This document shows, piece by piece, positions 54,901 to 64,000 of a stretch of 64,000 nucleotides of DNA (position 1 is the stretch's first letter; every line of letters starts with the position of its first letter). The stretch covers positions 43,090,001 to 43,154,000 of the forward strand of contig OZ024755.1 in NCBI GenBank assembly GCA_964016885.1, given 5' to 3'. Source of the DNA: Eledone cirrhosa. Its lineage: Eukaryota. Made by a program: the position numbers and the translations under genes. The notes beneath the pieces were generated by a model. The model searched no databases. It had not been told where the DNA came from and worked only from the letters and a program-made list of their open reading frames with translations.

Positions 54901-57900
54901 CTTAGGATAGCTTAGCTTAGCTTAGCTTAGGATAGCTTAGGATAGATTAGCTTAGGATAGCTTAGCTTAGGATAGCTTAGCTTAGGATAGCTTAGCTTAG
55001 CTTAGCTTAGCTTAGCTTAGGATAGCTTAGGATAGCTTAGCTTCGGATAGCTTAGGATAGCTTAGCTTAGGATAGATTAGGATAGCTTAGCTTAGGATAG
55101 CTTAGGATAGCTTAGCTTAGGATAGCTTAGCTTAGGATAGCTTAGCTTAGGATAGCTTAGCTTAGCTTAGCTTAGGATAGCTTAGCTTAGCTTAGGATAG
55201 CTTAGCTTAGCTTAGCTTAGGATAGCTTACCTTAGGAGAGCTTAGCTTAGGATAGCTTAGCTTAGGATAGCTTAGCTTAGGATAGCTTAGGATAGCTTAG
55301 CTTAGCATAGCTTAGGATAGCTTAGCTTAGCTTAGCTTAGGATAGGTTAGCTTAGCTTAGCTTAGGATAGCTTAGCTTAGCTTAGCTTAGCATAGCTTAG
55401 GATAGCTTAGCTTAGGATAGCTTAGCTTAGCTTAGCTTAGGATAGCTTAGCTTAGCTTAGGATAGCTTAGCTTAGCTTAGCTTAGGATAGCTTAGCTTAG
55501 GATAGCTTAGGATAGCTTAGCTTAGCTTAGCTTAGGATAGCTTAGCTTAGGATAGCTTAGGATAGCTTAGCTTAGCTTAGCTTAGGATAGCTTAGCTTAG
55601 CTTAGCTTAGCTTTGCTTAGGATAGCTTAGTTTAGCTTAGCTTAGGATAGCTTAGCTTAGCTTAGCTTAGGATAGCTTAGCTTAGCTTAGCTTAGGATAG
55701 CTTAGCTTAGCTTAGCTTAGGATAGCTTAGCTTAGGATAGCTTAGCTTAGCTTAGCTTAGGATAGCTTAGCTTAGCTTAGCTTAGGATAGCTTAGGATAG
55801 ATTAGCTTAGGATAGCTTAGCTTAGGATAGCTTAGCTTAGGATAGCTTAGCTTAGCTTAGCTTAGCTTAGCTTAGGATAGCTTAGGATAGCTTAGCTTCG
55901 GATAGCTTAGGATAGCTTAGCTTAGGATAGATTAGGATAGCTTAGCTTAGGATAGCTTAGGATAGCTTAGCTTAGGATAGCTTAGCTTAGGATAGCTTAG
56001 CTTAGGATAGCTTAGCTTAGCTTAGCTTAGGATAGCTTAGCTTAGCTTAGGATAGCTTAGCTTAGCTTAGCTTAGGATAGCTTACCTTAGGAGAGCTTAG
56101 CTTAGGATAGCTTAGCTTAGGATAGCTTAGCTTAGGATAGCTTAGGATAGCTTAGCTTAGCATAGCTTAGGATAGCTTAGCTTAGCTTAGCTTAGGATAG
56201 GTTAGCTTAGCTTAGCTTAGGATAGCTTAGCTTAGCTTAGCTTAGCATAGCTTAGGATAGCTTAGCTTAGGATAGCTTAGCTTAGCTTAGCTTAGGATAG
56301 CTTAGCTTAGCTTAGGATAGCTTAGCTTAGCTTAGCTTAGGATAGCTTAGCTTAGGATAGCTTAGGATAGCTTAGCTTAGCTTAGCTTAGGATAGCTTAG
56401 CTTAGGATAGCTTAGGATAGCTTAGCTTAGCTTAGCTTAGGATAGCTTAGCTTAGCTTAGCTTAGCTTTGCTTAGGATAGCTTAGTTTAGCTTAGCTTAG
56501 GATAGCTTAGCTTAGCTTAGCTTAGGATAGCTTAGCTTAGCTTAGCTTAGGATAGCTTAGGATAGATTAGCTTAGGATAGCTTAGCTTAGGATAGCTTAG
56601 CCTAGGATAGCTTAGCTTAGCTTAGCTTAGCTTAGCTTAGGATAGCTTAGGATAGCTTAGCTTCGGATAGCTTAGGATAGCTTAGCTTAGGATAGATTAG
56701 GATAGCTTAGCTTAGGATAGCTTAGGATAGCTTAGCTTAGGATAGCTTAGCTTAGGATAGCTTAGCTTAGGATAGCTTAGGATAGCTTAGCTTAGCTTAG
56801 CTTAGGATAGCTTAGGATAGATTAGCTTAGGATAGCTTAGCTTAGGATAGCTTAGCTTAGGATAGCTTAGCTTAGCTTAGCTTAGCTTAGCTTAGGATAG
56901 CTTAGGATAGCTTAGCTTCGGATAGCTTAGGATAGCTTAGCTTAGGATAGATTAGGATAGCTTAGCTTAGGATAGCTTAGGATAGCTTAGCTTAGGATAG
57001 CTTAGCTTAGGATAGCTTAGCTTAGGATAGCTTAGCTTAGCTTAGCTTAGGATAGCTTAGCTTAGCTTAGGATAGCTTAGCTTAGCTTAGCTTAGGATAG
57101 CTTACCTTAGGAGAGCTTAGCTTAGGATAGCTTAGCTTAGGATAGCTTAGCTTAGGATAGCTTAGGATAGCTTAGCTTAGCATAGCTTAGGATAGCTTAG
57201 CTTAGCTTAGGATAGGTTAGCTTAGCTTAGCTTAGGATAGCTTAGCTTAGCTTAGCTTAGCATAGCTTAGGATAGCTTAGCTTAGCTTAGCTTAGGATAG
57301 CTTAGCTTAGCTTAGGATAGCTTAGCTTAGCTTAGCTTAGGATAGCTTAGCTTAGGATAGCTTAGGATAGCTTAGCTTAGCTTAGCTTAGGATAGCTTAG
57401 CTTAGGATAGCTTAGGATAGCTTAGCTTAGCTTAGCTTAGGATAGCTTAGCTTAGCTTAGCTTAGCTTTGCTTAGGATAGCTTAGTTTAGCTTAGCTTAG
57501 GATAGCTTAGCTTAGCTTAGCTTAGGATAGCTTAGCTTAGCTTAGCTTAGGATAGCTTAGCTTAGCTTAGCTTAGGATAGCTTAGCTTAGGATAGCTTAG
57601 GATAGCTTAGCTTAGCTTAGCTTAGGATAGCTTAGCTTAGCTTAGCTTAGCTTTGCTTAGGATAGCTTAGTTTAGCTTAGCTTAGGATAGCTTAGCTTAG
57701 CTTAGCTTAGGATAGCTTACCTTAGGAGAGCTTAGCTTAGGATAGCTTAGCTTAGGATAGCTTAGCTTAGGATAGCTTAGGATAGCTTAGCTTAGCATAG
57801 CTTAGGATAGCTTAGCTTAGCTTAGCTTAGGATAGGTTAGCTTAGCTTAGCTTAGGATAGCTTAGCTTAGCTTAGCTTAGCATAGCTTAGGATAGCTTAG

Positions 57901-60900
57901 CTTAGGATAGCTTAGCTTAGCTTAGCTTAGGATAGCTTAGCTTAGCTTAGGATAGCTTAGCTTAGCTTAGCTTAGGATAGCTTAGCTTAGGATAGCTTAG
58001 GATAGCTTAGCTTAGCTTAGCTTAGGATAGCTTAGCTTAGGATAGCTTAGGATAGCTTAGCTTAGCTTAGCTTAGGATAGCTTAGCTTAGCTTAGCTTAG
58101 CTTTGCTTAGGATAGCTTAGTTTAGCTTAGCTTAGGATAGCTTAGCTTAGCTTAGCTTAGGATAGCTTAGCTTAGCTTAGCTTAGGATAGCTTAGCTTAG
58201 CTTAGCTTAGGATAGCTTAGCTTAGGATAGCTTAGCTTAGCTTAGCTTAGGATAGCTTAGCTTAGCTTAGCTTAGGATAGCTTAGCTTAGCTTAGGATAG
58301 CTTAGCTTAGCTTAGCTTAGGATAGCTTAGCTTAGGATAGCTTAGGATAGCTTAGCTTAGCTTAGCTTAGGATAGCTTAGCTTAGGATAGCTTAGGATAG
58401 CTTAGCTTAGCTTAGCTTAGGATAGCTTAGCTTAGCTTAGCTTAGCTTTGCTTAGGATAGCTTAGTTTAGCTTAGCTTAGGATAGCTTAGCTTAGCTTAG
58501 CTTAGGATAGCTTAGCTTAGCTTAGCTTAGGATAGCTTAGCTTAGCTTAGCTTAGGATAGCTTAGCTTAGGATAGCTTAGCTTAGCTTAGCTTAGGATAG
58601 CTTAGCTTAGCTTAGCTTAGGATAGCTTAGCTTAGCTTAGCTTAGGATAGCTTAGCTTAGCTTAGCTTAGCTTAGGATAGCTTAGCTTAGGATAGCTTAG
58701 GATAGCTTAGCTTCGGATAGCTTAGGATAGCTTAGCTTAGGATAGATTAGGATAGCTTAGCTTAGGATAGCTTAGGATAGCTTAGCTTAGGATAGCTTAG
58801 CTTAGGATAGCTTAGCTTAGGATAGCTTAGGATAGCTTAGCTTAGCTTAGCTTAGGATAGCTTAGGATAGATTAGCTTAGGATAGCTTAGCTTAGGATAG
58901 CTTAGCTTAGGATAGCTTAGCTTAGCTTAGCTTAGCTTAGCTTAGGATAGCTTAGGATAGCTTAGCTTCGGATAGCTTAGGATAGCTTAGCTTAGGATAG
59001 ATTAGGATAGCTTAGCTTAGGATAGCTTAGGATAGCTTAGCTTAGGATAGCTTAGCTTAGGATAGCTTAGCTTAGGATAGCTTAGCTTAGCTTAGCTTAG
59101 GATAGCTTAGCTTAGCTTAGGATAGCTTAGCTTAGCTTAGCTTAGGATAGCTTACCTTAGGAGAGCTTAGCTTAGGATAGCTTAGCTTAGGATAGCTTAG
59201 CTTAGGATAGCTTAGGATAGCTTAGCTTAGCATAGCTTAGGATAGCTTAGCTTAGCTTAGCTTAGGATAGGTTAGCTTAGCTTAGCTTAGGATAGCTTAG
59301 CTTAGCTTAGCTTAGCATAGCTTAGGATAGCTTAGCTTAGGATAGCTTAGCTTAGCTTAGCTTAGGATAGCTTAGCTTAGCTTAGGATAGCTTAGCTTAG
59401 CTTAGCTTAGGATAGCTTAGCTTAGGATAGCTTAGGATAGCTTAGCTTAGCTTAGCTTAGGATAGCTTAGCTTAGGATAGCTTAGGATAGCTTAGCTTAG
59501 CTTAGCTTAGGATAGCTTAGCTTAGCTTAGCTTAGCTTTGCTTAGGATAGCTTAGTTTAGCTTAGCTTAGGATAGCTTAGCTTAGCTTAGCTTAGGATAG
59601 CTTAGCTTAGCTTAGCTTAGGATAGCTTAGGATAGATTAGCTTAGGATAGCTTAGCTTAGGATAGCTTAGCCTAGGATAGCTTAGCTTAGCTTAGCTTAG
59701 CTTAGCTTAGGATAGCTTAGGATAGCTTAGCTTCGGATAGCTTAGGATAGCTTAGCTTAGGATAGATTAGGATAGCTTAGCTTAGGATAGCTTAGGATAG
59801 CTTAGCTTAGGATAGCTTAGCTTAGGATAGCTTAGCTTAGGATAGCTTAGGATAGCTTAGCTTAGCTTAGCTTAGGATAGCTTAGGATAGATTAGCTTAG
59901 GATAGCTTAGCTTAGGATAGCTTAGCTTAGGATAGCTTAGCTTAGCTTAGCTTAGCTTAGCTTAGGATAGCTTAGGATAGCTTAGCTTCGGATAGCTTAG
60001 GATAGCTTAGCTTAGGATAGATTAGGATAGCTTAGCTTAGGATAGCTTAGGATAGCTTAGCTTAGGATAGCTTAGCTTAGGATAGCTTAGCTTAGGATAG
60101 CTTAGCTTAGCTTAGCTTAGGATAGCTTAGCTTAGCTTAGGATAGCTTAGCTTAGCTTAGCTTAGGATAGCTTACCTTAGGAGAGCTTAGCTTAGGATAG
60201 CTTAGCTTAGGATAGCTTAGCTTAGGATAGCTTAGGATAGCTTAGCTTAGCATAGCTTAGGATAGCTTAGCTTAGCTTAGCTTAGGATAGGTTAGCTTAG
60301 CTTAGCTTAGGATAGCTTAGCTTAGCTTAGCTTAGCATAGCTTAGGATAGCTTAGCTTAGGATAGCTTAGCTTAGCTTAGCTTAGGATAGCTTAGCTTAG
60401 CTTAGGATAGCTTAGCTTAGCTTAGCTTAGGATAGCTTAGCTTAGGATAGCTTAGGATAGCTTAGCTTAGCTTAGCTTAGGATAGCTTAGCTTAGGATAG
60501 CTTAGGATAGCTTAGCTTAGCTTAGCTTAGGATAGCTTAGCTTAGCTTAGCTTAGCTTTGCTTAGGATAGCTTAGTTTAGCTTAGCTTAGGATAGCTTAG
60601 CTTAGCTTAGCTTAGGATAGCTTAGCTTAGCTTAGCTTAGGATAGCTTAGCTTAGCTTAGCTTAGGATAGCTTAGCTTAGGATAGCTTAGCTTAGCTTAG
60701 CTTAGGATAGCTTAGCTTAGCTTAGCTTAGGATAGCTTAGCTTAGCTTAGCTTAGGATAGCTTAGCTTAGCTTAGCTTAGCTTAGGATAGCTTAGCTTAG
60801 GATAGCTTAGGATAGCTTAGCTTAGCTTAGCTTAGGATAGCTTAGGATAGCTTAGGATAGCTTAGCTTAGGATAGCTTAGCTTAGGATAGCTTAGCTTAG

Positions 60901-61500
60901 GATAGCTTAGGATAGCTTAGCTTAGGATAGCTTAGGATAGCTTAGCTTAGGATAGCTTAGGATAGCTTAGCTTAGGATAGCTTAGCTTAGGATAGCTTAG
61001 GATAGCTTAGCTTAACTTAGCTTAGCTTAGGATAGCTTAGCTTAGCTTAGCTTAGGATAGCTTAGCTTAGCTTAGCTTAGGATAGCTTAGGATAGATTAG
61101 CTTAGGATAGCTTAGCTTAGGATAGCTTAGCCTAGGATAGCTTAGCTTAGCTTAGCTTAGCTTAGCTTAGGATAGCTTAGGATAGCTTAGCTTCGGATAG
61201 CTTAGGATAGCTTAGCTTAGGATAGATTAGGATAGCTTAGCTTAGGATAGCTTAGGATAGCTTAGCTTAGGATAGCTTAGCTTAGGATAGCTTAGCTTAG
61301 GATAGCTTAGGATAGCTTAGCTTAGCTTAGCTTAGGATAGCTTAGGATAGATTAGCTTAGGATAGCTTAGCTTAGGATAGCTTAGCTTAGGATAGCTTAG
61401 CTTAGCTTAGCTTAGCTTAGCTTAGGATAGCTTAGGATAGCTTAGCTTCGGATAGCTTAGGATAGCTTAGGATAGCTTAGCTTAGGATAGCTTAGCTTAG
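42950..61500 (+). repeat. Homogeneous ~1020-bp higher-order repeat domain with truncated and shuffled copies and an internal 255-bp duplication
   Basis: The marker order CCTAG, CTTCG, ATTAG, ATTAG, CTTCG, ATTAG, CTTAC-CTTAG-GAGAG, CATAG, GTTAG, CATAG, CTTTG, TTTAG recurs. Offsets of 1020: CTTCG 43896/44916; CTTAC 49021/50041, 56091/57111, 59151/60171. Offset of 255: CTTCG 43896/44151. Confidence 0.9.
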
Positions 61501-64000
61501 GATAGCTTAGGATAGCTTAGCTTAGGATAGCTTAGCTTAGGATAGCTTAGCTTAGGATAGCTTAGCTTAGCTTAGCTTAGGATAGCTTAGCTTAGCTTAG
61601 GATAGCTTAGCTTAGCTTAGCTTAGGATAGCTTAGCTTAGCTTAGCTTAGGATAGCTTAGCTTAGCTTAGCTTAGGATAGCTTAGCTTAGGATAGCTTAG
61701 GATAGCTTAGCTTAGGATAGCTTAGGATAGCTTAGCTTAGGATAGCTTAGCTTAGCTTAGCTTAGGATAGCTTAGCTTAGCTTAGGATAGCTTAGCTTAG
61801 CTTAGCTTAGGATAGCTTAGCTTAGGATAGCTTAGGAAAGCTTAGCTTAGCTTAGCTTAGGATAGCTTAGCTTAGCTTAGCTTAGGATAGCTTAGCTTAG
61901 CTTAGCTTAGGATAGCTTAGCTTAGCTTAGGATAGCTTAGCTTAGCTTAGGATAGCTTAGCTTAGCTTAGCTTAGGATAGCTTAGCTTAGCTTAGCTTAG
62001 GATAGCTTAGCTTAGCTTAGCTTAGGATAGCTTAGCTTAGGATAGCTTAGGATAGCTTAGCTTAGGATAGCTTAGGATAGCTTAGCTTAGGATAGCTTAG
62101 CTTAGCTTAGCTTAGGATAGCTTAGCTTAGCTTAGGATAGCTTAGCTTAGCTTAGCTTAGGATAGCTTAGCTTAGGATAGCTTAGGAAAGCTTAGCTTAG
62201 CTTAGCTTAGGATAGCTTAGCTTAGCTTAGCTTAGGATAGCTTAGCTTAGCTTAGTTTAGGATAGCTTAGCTTAGCTTAGCTTAGCTTAGGATAGCTTTG
62301 CTTAGCTTAGCTTAGGATAAATTAGCTTAGGATAGCTTAGTTTAGGATAGCTTAGCTTAGCTTAGCTTAGGATAGCTTAGCTTAGCTTAGCTTAGGATAG
62401 CTTAGCTTAGCTTAGCTTAGGATAGCTTAGCTTAGCTTAGCTTAGGATAGCTTAGCTAAGCTTAGCTTAGCTTAGGATAGCTTAGCTTAGCTTAGCTTAG
62501 CTTAGCTTAGCTTGGCTTAGGATAGCTTAGCTTAGCGTAGCTTAGGATAGCTTAGCTTAGCTTAGCTTAGCTTAGCTTAGGATAGCTTAGCTTAGGATAG
62601 CTTAGGATAGCTTAGCTTAGGATAGCTTAGCTTAGGATAGCTTAGGATAGATTAGCTTAGCTTAGCTTAGGATAGCTTAGCTTAGCTTAGCTTAGGATAG
62701 CTTAGCTTAGCTTAGGATAGCTTAGCTTAGCTTAGCTTAGGATAGATTAGCTTAGCTTAGCTTAGGATAGCTTAGCTTAGCTTAGCTTAGGATAGCTTAG
62801 CTTAGCTTAGGATAGCTTAGCTTAGCTTAGGATAGCTTAGGATAGCTTAGCTTAGCTTAGGATAGCTTAGGATAGCTTAGCTTAGGATAGCTTAGGATAG
62901 CTTAGCTTAGGATAGCTTAGCTTAGGATAGCTTAGCTTAGCTTAGGATAGCTTAGCTTAGGATAGCTTAGGATAGCTTAGCTTAGGATAGCTTAGCTTAG
63001 GATAGCTTAGGATAGATTAGCTTAGCTTAGCTTAGGATAGCTTAGCTTAGCTTAGCTTAGGATAGCTTAGCTTAGCTTAGGATAGCTTAGCTTAGCTTAG
63101 CTTAGGATAGCTTAGCTTAGCTTAGCTTAGGATAGCTTAGCTTAGCTTAGCTTAGGATAGCTTAGCTTAGCTTAGGATAGCTTAGCTTAGCTTAGGATAG
63201 CTTAGGATAGCTTAGCTTAGCTTAGGATAGCTTAGGATAGCTTAGGATAGCTTAGCTTAGGATAGCTTAGGATAGCTTAGCTTAGCTTAGGATAGCTTAG
63301 CTTAGCTTAGCTTAGGATAGCTTAGCTTAGCTTAGCTTAGGATAGCTTAGCTTAGGTTAGCTTAGCTTAGCTTAGCTTAGGATAGCTTAGCTTAGCTTAG
63401 CTTAGCTTAGGATAGGTTAGCTTAGGATAGTTTAGGATTGCTTAGCTTAGCTTAGCTTAGGATAGCTTAGCTTAGCTTAGCTTAGGATAGCTTAGCTTAG
63501 CTTAGGATAGCTTAGCTTAGCTTAGCTTAGGATAGCTTAGCTTAGCTTAGCTTAGGATAGCTTAGCTTAGCTTAGCTTAGGATAGCTTAGCTTAGCTTAG
63601 GATAGCTTAGCTTAGCTTAGCTAAGGATAGCTTAGCTTAGCTTAGGATAGCTTAGCTTAGCTTAGCTTAGGATAGCTTAGCTTAGCTTAGCTTAGGTAGC
63701 TTAGCTTAGCTTAGCTTAGGATAGCTTAGCTTAGCTTAGCTTAGGATAGCTTAGCTTAGCTTAGCTTAGCTTAGCTTAGCTTAGCTTAGCTTAGCTTAGG
63801 ATAGCTTAGCTTAGCTTAGGATAGCTTACCTTAGGAGAGCTTAGCTTAGGATAGCTTAGCTTAGGATAGCTTAGGATAGCTTAGCTTAGGATAGCTTAGC
63901 TTAGGATAGCTTAGCTTAGGATAGCTTAGGATAGCTTAGCTTAGCTTAGCTTAGGATAGCTTAGGATAGCTTAGGATAGCTTAGCTTAGGATAGCTTAGC

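Larger units (their letters stand above)
8941..64000 (+). repeat. Pentanucleotide satellite, GATAG(CTTAG)n with n mostly 1-4; about 11,000 pentamers; open at the right window edge
   Basis: Continuous 5-bp register of CTTAG and GATAG with sparse single-base variants (CTTGG, CTTTG, CATAG, GTTAG, GAGAG, CTTAC, CTTCG, ATTAG, CCTAG). The orientation flips only at 29330-30161. Confidence 0.98.

Noticed and set aside
62456-62460. Single CTAAG as a micro-inversion
   Set aside because: It cannot be distinguished from a T>A substitution.
8941-64000. Coding potential or a literal encoded message in the two-word pattern
   Set aside because: TAG on + and TAA on - recur with period 5 and close all frames. 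The word order is explained by nested duplication.

Overview
This window is entirely non-coding tandem repeat, most likely eukaryotic satellite DNA, with no credible genes. (1) Bases 1-8911 are a G/T-rich 44-bp minisatellite (~200 units) with nested 742-, 2092- and 7061-bp duplications. (2) The array is cut mid-unit right after ...GGTTATGGG and followed by a 29-bp telomeric tract, (TTAGGG)4TTAGG (8912-8940). (3) From 8941 to the window end is a >55-kb pentamer satellite built from two words, CTTAG and GATAG, arranged as GATAG(CTTAG)1-4. It contains layered higher-order repeats (~4.3, 3.8, 1.9, 2.8 and 1.02 kb) and one ~830-bp inverted block (29330-30161) with both junctions on AGCT. The most interesting element is the junction, which looks like a telomerase-healed break later extended by, or fused to, a telomere-like satellite amplified by recombination. 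Periods were measured by hand from variant monomers, HOR boundaries are approximate, and the organism cannot be identified.
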